Below are positions 1-8,711 of a stretch of DNA of 64,000 nt, in pieces. The stretch lies in NCBI GenBank assembly GCA_963805975.1, contig CAWDVR010000005.1, positions 576,001 through 640,000 of the forward strand. The letters are read 5' to 3'. The position numbers were made by a program, and so were the translations under genes. Position 1 is the first letter of the stretch, and every line of letters begins with the position of its first letter. The notes beneath the pieces are model-generated. The model worked only from the letters and a program-made list of their open reading frames with translations. It was not told where the DNA came from and did no database searches. Source of the stretch: an uncultured Acidobacteriota bacterium (GTDB taxonomy: Bacteria; Acidobacteriota; Thermoanaerobaculia; Multivoradales; SZUA-115).

Positions 1-519
1 GCCCTGATCCTCGCCATGCTGCGCTGCCGGCGGCCGATCGTCGGCGCGCTGAACGGCACCGTGGCCGGCGCCGGCGCGGTGATCGCCGCGGCCTGCGACG
101 TGCGGATCGCTGCCGAGAACGCCAAGATCGCCTTCCTCTTCACCAAGGTCGGCCTCTCCGGCGCGGACATGGGCGCCTCCTGGCTCCTGCCGCGCATCGT
201 GGGCCTCGGGAGGGCGAGCGAGCTGCTCATGACCGGCGACTTCATCGCCGCCGCCGAGGCCCATCGCATCGGGCTCTACAACCGCGTGGTGCCGGAGGGC
301 GAGGCCCTGGCCACCGCCCGGCAATGGGCCGAGAAGCTGGCGCGCGGCCCCTCGTTCGGCCTCGAGGTGACGAAGAAGATGCTGCTCCGCGAGGCGTCGA
401 TGGACGTCGAGAGCGCCCTCGCGGCAGAGGTCGAGATCCAGGCCGCCTGCATGGAAGACCCCAACTTCCGCGAGGCTCACGCGGCATTCGTGGCGCGGCG
501 CCCGCCGGTGTTCCGGTGA
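1..519 (+). CDS. Enoyl-CoA hydratase/isomerase family protein (5' truncated by window)
   Basis: Crotonase motifs ALNGTVAGAG, ACDVRIAA, LPRIVGLGRASELLMTG. Confidence 0.9.
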   Translation, partial: ALILAMLRCRRPIVGALNGTVAGAGAVIAAACDVRIAAENAKIAFLFTKVGLSGADMGASWLLPRIVGLGRASELLMTGDFIAAAEAHRIGLYNRVVPEGEALATARQWAEKLARGPSFGLEVTKKMLLREASMDVESALAAEVEIQAACMEDPNFREAHAAFVARRPPVFR

Positions 520-1706
520 GCGCGACCGCTCCTCGCCGCCCCTGGCTCGACACCGCCACCGTGGCGCCCTTCCTCGAAGACCGTCACCGGAAGCTGGCGG
601 CGGAGGTCGAGGCCTTCGCCCGCCGGGCCCTGGCACCGCTGCCCGAGCCCGCGGACGACGCGGCGGCGCGTACGCAAGCCCGCGAGATCGTCGAGCTCCT
701 GGGCGACGGCAGCTGGCTCGGCTGGGCGGTGCCGGAGGCCCACGGCGGCCGGCCGGGAGCGCCGGACCTCCGGGCCTGCTGCCTGATCCGCGAGGCCCTG
801 GCCGCGGCCTCGCCGCTCGCCGACTCGGTGTTCGCCCTCCAGGCGTTGGGCTCCATGCCGATCACGCTTGCTGATTCGCCCTTGGCGGGGAAGTGGCTCC
901 CGGCCGTGGCCCGGGGCGAGGCCATGGCCGCCTTCGCCATGACCGAGCGCGAGGCGGGCTCGGACGTCGCGGCCCTCTCCACCGCGGCGCGCCGCGACGG
1001 CGACACCTGGGTGCTGGACGGCGGCAAGGCCTTCATCTCGAATGCCGGCCTCGCTGAGTTCTACTGCGTGTTCGCGCAGACCGACCGCGAAGCCGGCACC
1101 CGCGGCATCGCATGCCTCCTGGTCGAGGCCGGTACGCCTGGCCTGCGCTTCGTGGGGCCGCAGGTGCTCTCCTCCCCTCACCCGCTGGGGGAGATCGCTT
1201 TCGAGGGCTGCCGCGTGCCGGCAGCCAACCTGCTCGCGCCCGCGGGCGAGGGCTTCAAGCTCGGCATGCGCACCCTCGACCGGCTGCGGTCCACCGTGGC
1301 CGCGGCGGCCTGCGGCATGGCGGCGCGGGCGCTCGACGAGGCCCTGGCCCACTCGCAGGAGCGTCGCCAGTTCGGCCAGCCGCTGGCCGAGCTCCAGCTC
1401 ATCCAGCAGAAGCTGGCGCGGATGGCGACCGAGCTCGCGGCCTCGCGCCTCCTCACCTACCGCGCGGCCTTCGAAGGCGATCAGGGCGCCGGCCGCATCA
1501 CCCTCGGCGCCGCCATGGCCAAGCTCTACGCCACCGAGGCGGCCCAGCGCGCCGTGGACGACGCGGTGCAGGTGCTGGGCGGCCGTGGCGCCCTGGCCGA
1601 GCACCCGGTGGATCGGCTGTACCGCTCCGTGCGCGCGCTCCGCATCTACGAGGGCACCAGCGAGATCCAGCACCTGGTGATCGCGCGGGAGTTGCTCAGG
1701 GGCTAG
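516..1706 (+). CDS. Acyl-CoA dehydrogenase
   Basis: AFAMTEREAGSD, GGKAFISNA, RRQFGQPL, RIYEGTSEIQ motifs; GTG start overlaps upstream stop (GTGA). Confidence 0.92.
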   Translation: MSATAPRRPWLDTATVAPFLEDRHRKLAAEVEAFARRALAPLPEPADDAAARTQAREIVELLGDGSWLGWAVPEAHGGRPGAPDLRACCLIREALAAASPLADSVFALQALGSMPITLADSPLAGKWLPAVARGEAMAAFAMTEREAGSDVAALSTAARRDGDTWVLDGGKAFISNAGLAEFYCVFAQTDREAGTRGIACLLVEAGTPGLRFVGPQVLSSPHPLGEIAFEGCRVPAANLLAPAGEGFKLGMRTLDRLRSTVAAAACGMAARALDEALAHSQERRQFGQPLAELQLIQQKLARMATELAASRLLTYRAAFEGDQGAGRITLGAAMAKLYATEAAQRAVDDAVQVLGGRGALAEHPVDRLYRSVRALRIYEGTSEIQHLVIARELLRG

Positions 1707-1896
1707 GCTTTGCTGAAGAAGCTGTAGTTACCTCAGTAAACCACCGCTCTGTCTTGCTGCTCGGCGGCGTCAAAGCACTGAGCTCGGCGACGGGTTCTCC
1801 GCGAACAGTGATGCGCAGAGTTTCTCCTTGTCGCACCAGGCTCATGTAACTTCCGTAGCGCTTCCGGAACTCGCTCACTGCCACGGTGTTGGGCAT
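1696..1896 (-). CDS. Phd/YefM-family antitoxin (orphan, 66 aa)
   Basis: MPNTVAVSEFRKRYGSYMSLVRQGETLRITVRGEPVAEL matches the Phd/YefM N-terminal pattern. Confidence 0.7.
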   Translation of the reverse strand: MPNTVAVSEFRKRYGSYMSLVRQGETLRITVRGEPVAELSALTPPSSKTERWFTEVTTASSAKPSP

Positions 1897-1981
1897 AGCA
1901 GGATTGTGGCCAGTGCCAGCATAGGCGTCAAGAGGCCGATGCCGCGTCGCGCTCTGCCCCCCGGCTATACTGCCTTTTCCG

Positions 1982-3445
1982 ATGTGGAAGCCTCCCCAGC
2001 GCATCAAGCACGAGCCGCCGCCGGGCGGGTGGCCGAGCCCGGAGGAGGCCGCGCAGTCGCGCTGGTTCTCGCCCTTGCGCGTGGGCGCGGTGGAGCTCGA
2101 GCAGCGCACCTGGGTGCCGGCCATGGTGCCCTGGCGGTCGACGGAGGAGGGCTTCGTCACCGACGACGTGCTCGAGTGGTACGAGCGCTTCGCCCGCGGC
2201 CGGCCGGGAGCGCTGGTGGTCGAGGCGACCGGCATCCGCGACATTCCGAGCGGGCCGCTGCTGCGCATCGGCCACGACCGCTTTCTTCCCGGCCTCACGA
2301 AGCTGGTCGAGACCGTGCGGCGGGCGAGCGGCGGCCACACGCGGCTCTTCATCCAGATCATCGATTTTCTCGCCATTCGCCGGCGGCCGGAGCCCGAGAA
2401 GTACTTCGCCCGTTTTCTCGAGATCACCGACCGCCATCGCGACCGGTTCGCCGGGCAGACCGACGCCGAGATCCGCGCCGCCCTGGCGGGCCTGCCGCGT
2501 GAGGAGCTGGAAGCGGTGCTCTCGCAGCGGGAGCTGGAGGCGCTCGATCAGGGCCACCGCGAGCGGGTGACGGACACCCATCTGCCGCACATCGCCGATC
2601 TGCCGCGGGTGCTGCCGGACCTCTTCGCCGGGGCTGCCTCGCGAGCCCAGCAGGCCGGGTTCGACGGCGTCGAGCTGCACTATGCCCACGCCTACACCAT
2701 GGCCTCCTTCCTCTCGGCGCGAAACACCCGCGAGGACGGCTACGGCGGCCCGCGCGAGCAGCGCGTGCGGCTGCCGCTCGAGGCCTTCGCCCGCGTGCGG
2801 GAAGCGGTGGGCGCCGGCTACACGGTGGGCTGCCGCTTCCTCTCCGAGGACTGCATCGCGGGCGGCAGCACGGTCGAGGACGCGGCCTTCTTCGCGGTGG
2901 AGCTCGCCCGCGCCGGGATGGATTTCCTGGCCCTCTCGCGAGGGGGCAAGTTCGAGGACGCCAAGCAGCCGCAGGTGGGTTGGGCGGCCTACCCGTACAC
3001 CGGCCCTTCCGGCTACGAGTGCATGCCCACGGCGATGTCCGACGAGCGCGGGCCCTTCGGCCGCAACGTGGAGCCGGCGGCGGCCATCCGCCGTGCGGTG
3101 CGTGCGGCCGGCCACGAGACCCCGGTGGTGGTGGTGGGCGGCATCTGCAGCTTCGAGCAGGCCGAGGGCATCCTCGAGCGCGGCGAGGCAGACATCGTGG
3201 GCGCCGCCCGCCAGAGCCTCGCCGACCCCGACTGGTTCCTGAAGACGCGGCTGGGACTGGGCACCGAGGTACGGCGCTGCGTGTACTCGAACTACTGCGA
3301 GGGCCTCGACCAGAAGCACAAGCAGGTCACCTGTCAGCTCTGGGAGCGCCTCGACCGCGACCAACCGGGTGTCAAGCTCACCGCCGACGGCCGCCGGCGG
3401 CTGGTGGCGCCGCCCTGGGCGCCGCCGGAGGGGCTGGAAGGCTGA
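1982..3445 (+). CDS. NADH:flavin oxidoreductase (Old Yellow Enzyme family)
   Basis: AGFDGVELHYAHAY, FLSARNTREDGYGG, ARQSLADPDW; C-terminal Cys cluster CVYSNYC...C. Confidence 0.9.
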   Translation: MWKPPQRIKHEPPPGGWPSPEEAAQSRWFSPLRVGAVELEQRTWVPAMVPWRSTEEGFVTDDVLEWYERFARGRPGALVVEATGIRDIPSGPLLRIGHDRFLPGLTKLVETVRRASGGHTRLFIQIIDFLAIRRRPEPEKYFARFLEITDRHRDRFAGQTDAEIRAALAGLPREELEAVLSQRELEALDQGHRERVTDTHLPHIADLPRVLPDLFAGAASRAQQAGFDGVELHYAHAYTMASFLSARNTREDGYGGPREQRVRLPLEAFARVREAVGAGYTVGCRFLSEDCIAGGSTVEDAAFFAVELARAGMDFLALSRGGKFEDAKQPQVGWAAYPYTGPSGYECMPTAMSDERGPFGRNVEPAAAIRRAVRAAGHETPVVVVGGICSFEQAEGILERGEADIVGAARQSLADPDWFLKTRLGLGTEVRRCVYSNYCEGLDQKHKQVTCQLWERLDRDQPGVKLTADGRRRLVAPPWAPPEGLEG

Positions 3446-3499
3446 GTCTGATCGGGTTCTAAGTTTGCGCAGAGTGCGTAGTCTGTGTAAAGTCTGCTC

Positions 3500-3910
3500 A
3501 TGGCGACTGCGACTCTCCCGTCCCGAACCATCAGCCGCACCGATCTGGCCAGGAGCACTCGGGAGATCCTCGAGAGCGTCAGCCGAGGCCAGCCCGCGGT
3601 CGTCGAAAGCTATGGCCGCGAACAGGCCGTGATACTCGATCTCTTCGACTATCGGTTGCTGTGTGCCTTGGCGGGCCGCCGGCTGGAGCGCCCCAACGAA
3701 GAGGCGCCCTCCTCGGTGCCGTGGGTGATGGATCGATATCTCCAGGGCGAGATCAACCTCGGCAAAGCCGCCGAGCTGCTCGGCAGATCGCGCTTCGACA
3801 TCGCGGAACGGTTCGAGCGGTTGGGAGTGCCGCTACGGATCGGCTCGGCGACCTCGGAGGAGGCCGAGCACGAGATCCAAACCGCGCTTGCCCACTGCTC
3901 CAAGCCATGA
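3500..3910 (+). CDS. Antitoxin with Phd-like N-terminus and UPF0175-like HTH C-terminus
   Basis: ISRTDLARSTREILESV (Phd-like) plus YLQGEINLGKAAELLGRSR (UPF0175-like); ATGA coupling to PIN gene. Confidence 0.7.
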   Translation: MATATLPSRTISRTDLARSTREILESVSRGQPAVVESYGREQAVILDLFDYRLLCALAGRRLERPNEEAPSSVPWVMDRYLQGEINLGKAAELLGRSRFDIAERFERLGVPLRIGSATSEEAEHEIQTALAHCSKP

Positions 3911-4383
3911 GCCTGGCGGTGGTCGACACCACCGTCCTCAGCAACTTTGCACGCCTTCGATGCGCCGAGCTGGTGCAGCGTGCTTTCCCGCAGCTTGAGG
4001 CAACCGAAGGAGTACGCGCCGAGATTCTGGAAGGCCAGCGTCTGGGCTACCTGGCGGAGTCGGATTGGAGTTGGCTGCCGATTCGCGCGCTGACCGCATC
4101 GCAGCGGCTCGACGCCGAGTTGCTCGGGCAGCGCTTTGGCCGAGGAGAGGCCGAGTGCTTGGTGATTGCAGTGGAAGCTCGGGCGCTTCTTCTGACAGAC
4201 GACCGTGCCGCCAGGCAGGAGGCCGCGCGGTTGGGCCTCTCCGTTTCGGGGACGCTCGGCGTTCTGGCACGCCTGCACAAGAGCTGCGGAATATCCCTCG
4301 ACGAAGCGGAGAGTCTGTTGAGCCAGATGATCGCCGCTGGATACCGGAGCCCGGTGGGCTCATTGGGCGTGCTGCTTCTCTAG
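3907..4383 (+). CDS. PIN-domain toxin, DUF3368-like
   Basis: VVDTTVLSNF, GRGEAECL, LLTDDRAAR, GTLGVL motifs. Confidence 0.85.
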   Translation: MSLAVVDTTVLSNFARLRCAELVQRAFPQLEATEGVRAEILEGQRLGYLAESDWSWLPIRALTASQRLDAELLGQRFGRGEAECLVIAVEARALLLTDDRAARQEAARLGLSVSGTLGVLARLHKSCGISLDEAESLLSQMIAAGYRSPVGSLGVLLL

Positions 4384-4509
4384 GGAACTTCTGCCCACCC
4401 ACCGAAGGGCCCACTGAGCCGTGCCCTTCAGGCAGTCGAGGACCGCGGGACACAAAGCCCGGCTCGTTTTTCGATCTCATGCACCAACTCTCGGTACTAT
4501 TCGCCCACC

Positions 4510-5688
4510 ATGCGCATCGTCATCCTCGGTGGTGGTCCCGCGGGCCTCTACTTCGCCCTGCTCATGAAGCGCCAGAGCCCGGCGCACGAGATCACGGTTT
4601 TCGAGCGCAACCCGCGTGGCGCGACGTTCGGCTGGGGAGTGGTCTTCTCCGAGCAGACGCTCGCCTACCTCTCGCAGCCCGATCCGGTGACCTTCGAGGC
4701 GATCGACGCCCGGCTCGCCCGCTGGGAGAACGTGGACGTGATCCACCGCGGCGAGCGGGTCACCATCCGCGGCAACCGCTTCTCCGGCATCGCGCGCCTC
4801 GACCTGCTGGGCCTCCTGCAGCAGCGCTGCCTGGGCCTGGGCGTCGAGCTGCGTTTCGAGCATGCCGTCGACCGGCTGGAGGATCTGCCGGCCGCCGACG
4901 TCCTGGTGGGGGCCGACGGCGTGCGCAGCCTGGTGCGCGAGAGCTTCCGCGAGGCCTTCGAGCCGAGCCTCGACGTGCGCCCCAACCGCTACGCCTGGTA
5001 CGGCACGCCGCGGCTCTTCCACGCGCTCACCCTGAGCTTCCGGCAGAGCAGGGAGGGCCTGTTCATCGCCCACGCCTACGAGTTCAGTCCCGAGATGAGC
5101 ACCTTCGTGGTGGAGTGCGACGAGGCGAGCTTCCTCGCCGCGGGCCTGGATCGGACGTCCGAGGAGGAGGCCCGGCGATACCTCGAGCGGGTCTTCGCGG
5201 ACGACCTCGAAGGCCGGCCTCTCTTGTCCAACCAATCCCGCTGGGCGCAGTTCGCGACGGTCCGCAACCGCCGCTGGAGCCACGGCAACGCCGTGCTCCT
5301 GGGGGACGCGGCCCACACCGCCCACTTCTCGATCGGTTCGGGGACCAAGCTGGCGCTCGAGGACTCGATCGCCCTCGCCGCCGCCTTCGCCGAGCACGGC
5401 GCGGACGTGCCGGCGGCGCTCGCCGCCTACGAGTCGGCGCGCCGGCCGGCGGTCGAGCGCTACCAGCGGGCGGCGCAGGCGAGCCTGGAGTGGTTCGAGT
5501 CGGCGCGCCAGGACCTGCACCTCGATCCGCTGGCCTTCGCCTTCAAGGCCATGACCCGGAGCGAGCGCGTGGACCTCGAGAGCCTGCGCCGGCGGGACCC
5601 GGAGTTCGCGGCGCGGGTGGAGGCGGCGCAGGCAAAGAGCGATGCTGCTGCAGCGCTCAGCCCGCCCTTCCCTCGATTGACTGCTTGA
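4510..5688 (+). CDS. FAD-dependent monooxygenase (anthraniloyl-/salicylyl-CoA monooxygenase N-terminal-like)
   Basis: GGGPAGLYFA, TFGWGVVFS, GADG, GDAAHTAHFSIGSGTKLALED. Confidence 0.88.
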   Translation: MRIVILGGGPAGLYFALLMKRQSPAHEITVFERNPRGATFGWGVVFSEQTLAYLSQPDPVTFEAIDARLARWENVDVIHRGERVTIRGNRFSGIARLDLLGLLQQRCLGLGVELRFEHAVDRLEDLPAADVLVGADGVRSLVRESFREAFEPSLDVRPNRYAWYGTPRLFHALTLSFRQSREGLFIAHAYEFSPEMSTFVVECDEASFLAAGLDRTSEEEARRYLERVFADDLEGRPLLSNQSRWAQFATVRNRRWSHGNAVLLGDAAHTAHFSIGSGTKLALEDSIALAAAFAEHGADVPAALAAYESARRPAVERYQRAAQASLEWFESARQDLHLDPLAFAFKAMTRSERVDLESLRRRDPEFAARVEAAQAKSDAAAALSPPFPRLTA

Positions 5689-6115
5689 GGTCCGCCAGGT
5701 CCTGGGCGCAGAGCTTGGCGATGGACTTCATCATCGGCTTCATGAGGACCGACATCACCTTGGCGAAGAAGGTCAGCGGCTCGCCACGGAAGTTCATCAC
5801 CACCTCGGTGCCCGCGCCTGCGGGCTCGAAGCACAGCTCGCTCCTGTAGCGGGAGCCGTGGCTCTCGGCCACCAGCACATAGCGCCGCGGCGGCTCGAGC
5901 TCGGCGACCGTCATCTCCTCGCTGGCCTCCTTACCGAACATCTTGCGGGTCTCGCGGAAGCGCGTTCCGACTCCGACTGGCCCAGAGGTCAGCATCTCGA
6001 CTCGGACGATGCCCTTGATCGCCTTCGGGACGTTGGCGAAGTCCGAGGCCACCGCGAACACCTGTTCGGGCGGCGCCGCGATCTGTTCTCGAATCGTCAC
6101 TTCGTAGATACCCAT
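5657..6115 (-). CDS. SRPBCC/polyketide cyclase family protein
   Basis: IAAPPEQVF, GVGTRFRETR motifs. Confidence 0.8.
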   Translation of the reverse strand: MGIYEVTIREQIAAPPEQVFAVASDFANVPKAIKGIVRVEMLTSGPVGVGTRFRETRKMFGKEASEEMTVAELEPPRRYVLVAESHGSRYRSELCFEPAGAGTEVVMNFRGEPLTFFAKVMSVLMKPMMKSIAKLCAQDLADLKQSIEGRAG

Positions 6116-6119
6116 CGAC

Positions 6120-6719
6120 TCAAGCCCCCTTGTGCCGGCGGTAGCGGACCTCGAAGACCTGCGTGTTGTTCTCGCCGATCGGCAGGTCGTGGATCTCGAG
6201 CTTCATCTCGTCGTCCGAGACGAAGCGAAACACGGACTTGACCATCTTGTCGTGCTCACCGGTCAGGTACTCGTCGAGCGTGCCGTACATCAGAAGCGCC
6301 TTGCCCGAGGGATCGAGATCGCCCTCGGAGTAGATCATCGAGGTGTCGAAGCTGTTGATCGCCGCCGACACGTAGCTCATCTTGAAGTTGTTGTAGCCGA
6401 GGATGAACCCGGTCTTCATCGGCATCCCCATCATCTGGCCCGAGGCCTCGCACTGCAGCCAGCGGTTCTCCATCAGCCAGCGGCAGGTCGAGGTGCCCTT
6501 CTCGGGAGGGGGGGCACCCGGCATGTTCAACACGGTCTCCGTGTCCCAGGTGCCGAGGAAGCGGTTGAGCAGCTTGTGGGCGTCGCCGGGCTGGGTCCAC
6601 TTCTTGGCCTGCGCCATCATGGCGGCCATGTCGACCTGTTTTTCCTGGGCGACGGACGCGGGGGCCGTCGATACGGCCAAGGCGAGCAACGAAACGGCGG
6701 GTAGCCAAAGAGACCTCAT
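6120..6719 (-). CDS. Secreted DUF1579-like protein
   Basis: Signal peptide; PGDAHKLLNRFLGTW, GYNNFKMSYVS pattern; GGAGG RBS. Confidence 0.75.
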   Translation of the reverse strand: MRSLWLPAVSLLALAVSTAPASVAQEKQVDMAAMMAQAKKWTQPGDAHKLLNRFLGTWDTETVLNMPGAPPPEKGTSTCRWLMENRWLQCEASGQMMGMPMKTGFILGYNNFKMSYVSAAINSFDTSMIYSEGDLDPSGKALLMYGTLDEYLTGEHDKMVKSVFRFVSDDEMKLEIHDLPIGENNTQVFEVRYRRHKGA

Positions 6720-7795
6720 GGTTCCTCCGGGGAAGCGGGGGTTTGACGGCGCTGCTCCTCGGCCAGGCGGCCGAGGACGAGAAAACGAAGCTGAAAGCAG
6801 CCGGGGGGACGGGTGATGAGCTCCGCCACCGCGGCGGCACGGTGCTCGGCGGCCGGCGCCAGCGGCAGCGCGCAGGCGAGGGCCAGGGAGGCCACGGCCA
6901 GCGTGAGGCCCCGCCGCAGCCAGGGCCGGTCCCGCTCGATGCTCTCGAGCGCCCGCAAGCGGGCCAGCAGGCTGGAGCCGCCGGTCAAGGGAAGCGCGGC
7001 GAGCACCTCGCGGTGGCGCCGGGCGGCGAAGCTCAGCAGGGTGCGGCGGTACTGGGTGGTCGCGGCTCCCAGCCGCCGCGCCACGCTGCGGTCGCAGCAG
7101 ATCTCCCGCAGGTTGGCGAGCCGCCCGGCGGCGGCGTGGACGAACGGATGGAACCAGTACAGGGCCCGAACCAGGCCCACCAGGCCGGCTAGAACCAAGT
7201 CCCCCCGGCGCACGTGCGCCAGCTCGTGGAGAAGAGCGTGCTCCGCCTCCTCGGCGCGGATCTCCGCGGGCAGGAGGATCTTGGGCGCGATCGCTCCGAA
7301 GACGAAGGGCGTCTCGATCTCGGCCAGGAGCCGCACCGGCGGCACCCGCTTCAATCCCAGCCGGCCGGCCGCGGCCTGGCAGGCTTCCAGGATCTCGGCC
7401 GGTGCCGGCTCGGCCCGGCGCCACTGTCGCCGGAGCCGCCGCACGGCGACGGCGATCAAGACCAAACCGAGGAGAACGCCCGCCAGCCACACCCAGCCGG
7501 CCGCGATCGCCCACCACCGCAGCGTTTCGGAGTCAGCCACGGCCGGGCTCGCGCCCATCGTGCCGGTCCAGGCGGCGAGCGGATGGGTCCACGGGATCGG
7601 CGAGGCGAGGCGGGGAGGGAGCATCAGCTTCAGGAGGAGGACCGTGCCCGCGGCCAGGCGCAGCTCGGGCCAGACGTTCGCCGGCAGCAACCGATCGGCG
7701 ATCGCCGCGGCAGCCAGGAGGATCAGGCCCTGGAGGGCCAGCGGCACGATCCAGCTCCAGAAGAAAGCCGGGACGGCAGCCGTCGCGAGGTCCAT
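6716..7795 (-). CDS. M56 family metallopeptidase (BlaR1/MecR1-like, no sensor domain)
   Basis: TM helices, PFVFG, HELAHVRRGD, YWFHP, REICCD. Confidence 0.88.
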   Translation of the reverse strand: MDLATAAVPAFFWSWIVPLALQGLILLAAAAIADRLLPANVWPELRLAAGTVLLLKLMLPPRLASPIPWTHPLAAWTGTMGASPAVADSETLRWWAIAAGWVWLAGVLLGLVLIAVAVRRLRRQWRRAEPAPAEILEACQAAAGRLGLKRVPPVRLLAEIETPFVFGAIAPKILLPAEIRAEEAEHALLHELAHVRRGDLVLAGLVGLVRALYWFHPFVHAAAGRLANLREICCDRSVARRLGAATTQYRRTLLSFAARRHREVLAALPLTGGSSLLARLRALESIERDRPWLRRGLTLAVASLALACALPLAPAAEHRAAAVAELITRPPGCFQLRFLVLGRLAEEQRRQTPASPEEP

Positions 7796-8190
7796 CAGCC
7801 CTGCTCCTTGCGCTCGGGCGCCGGCTTCGGAGCCTGCTCCGCGGCGAGCAGGGCGCGAAGCTCCTCGACCTCGGGCTGGGAGAGCTTCTCCTCGGCGACC
7901 AGGTGATGGAGGAGCGAGCCCAGCGTGCCGTCGAAGGCGCGGTCGAGAAGCGAGCGCAGGGCCGAGCGCTGGGCGTCGCGCTCGTTCACCGTCGCGGTGT
8001 AGCGGTAGAGGTTGGCGTCCTTCTCGAGCCGCAGAGCGCCTTTCTCGACGAGGCGCCCGAGCATGGTCTTGACGGTGGAGTAGGACCACCCGGTCTCACC
8101 CGCGAGGTCGGCGGCAGCCTCCCGCACGGCCAACCCCGGCCGCCGCCAGACCACCCGCATGACCTTCCACTCTGCCTCGGAGAAGCGCAC
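7795..8190 (-). CDS. BlaI/MecI/CopY family repressor
   Basis: SEAEWKVMRVVW, WSYSTVKTMLGRLVEKG, LDRAFDG. Confidence 0.92.
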   Translation of the reverse strand: MRFSEAEWKVMRVVWRRPGLAVREAAADLAGETGWSYSTVKTMLGRLVEKGALRLEKDANLYRYTATVNERDAQRSALRSLLDRAFDGTLGSLLHHLVAEEKLSQPEVEELRALLAAEQAPKPAPERKEQG

Positions 8191-8214
8191 TCCACCTCCG
8201 TCTCGGGCTTGACT

Positions 8215-8249
8215 GCTACATTTGTGGCTGATCCTGCTACAGATGTAGC
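8215..8249. promoter_or_regulatory. Two BlaI/CopY-type operators (TACAnnTGTA)
   Basis: GCTACA-GA-TGTAGC (8236-8249, perfect) and GCTACA-TT-TGTGGC (8215-8228) just upstream of the blaI-like gene. Confidence 0.8.
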
Positions 8250-8303
8250 CTGGCGTCAAGAGGGCGGGTGGTGCTCCTGAGCCGCGAGGGAGGGCCGTCG
8301 CCG

Positions 8304-8669
8304 TCAGCCGCCGGCGTTTCGCGTGTAGCGCGGCTGGTAGAGCTGCAGGGTAAAGCCGCCCGGCACCCGGAAGTGCGTCGCCAGGCCGTAGCCGACGTCG
8401 GTCACCTCGTCCGTGAACTCGACGCCGCGCCCCCTGAGCTCGGCCACGGTCTGCTGAATGTCGTCGCAGTAGAACGAGATGTTGTGCGTGCCCGACGGCA
8501 CGCCCTGCTCCTCGTCGGCCGGATGGCAGCCCATCTCCGCCTCGGGGAGGTCGAAGATCAGCCAGCCGCCGCCCACGTCCGTGGCCGGAAAGCCCAGCTT
8601 GTCGCGCAGAAAGGTGCGCAGCTCCTCGGCCTCCGAGGAGTACAACATGGTGTGAACGCCGGTGATCAT
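8304..8669 (-). CDS. VOC/glyoxalase family protein
   Basis: FLRDKLGF, ISFYCDDIQQTVAELRGRGVEF, DVGYG. Confidence 0.85.
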   Translation of the reverse strand: MITGVHTMLYSSEAEELRTFLRDKLGFPATDVGGGWLIFDLPEAEMGCHPADEEQGVPSGTHNISFYCDDIQQTVAELRGRGVEFTDEVTDVGYGLATHFRVPGGFTLQLYQPRYTRNAGG

Positions 8670-8711
8670 GACTGGCTCTCCTCTCGAGCCCGTAGCCTAC
8701 TCCCGATCCCC

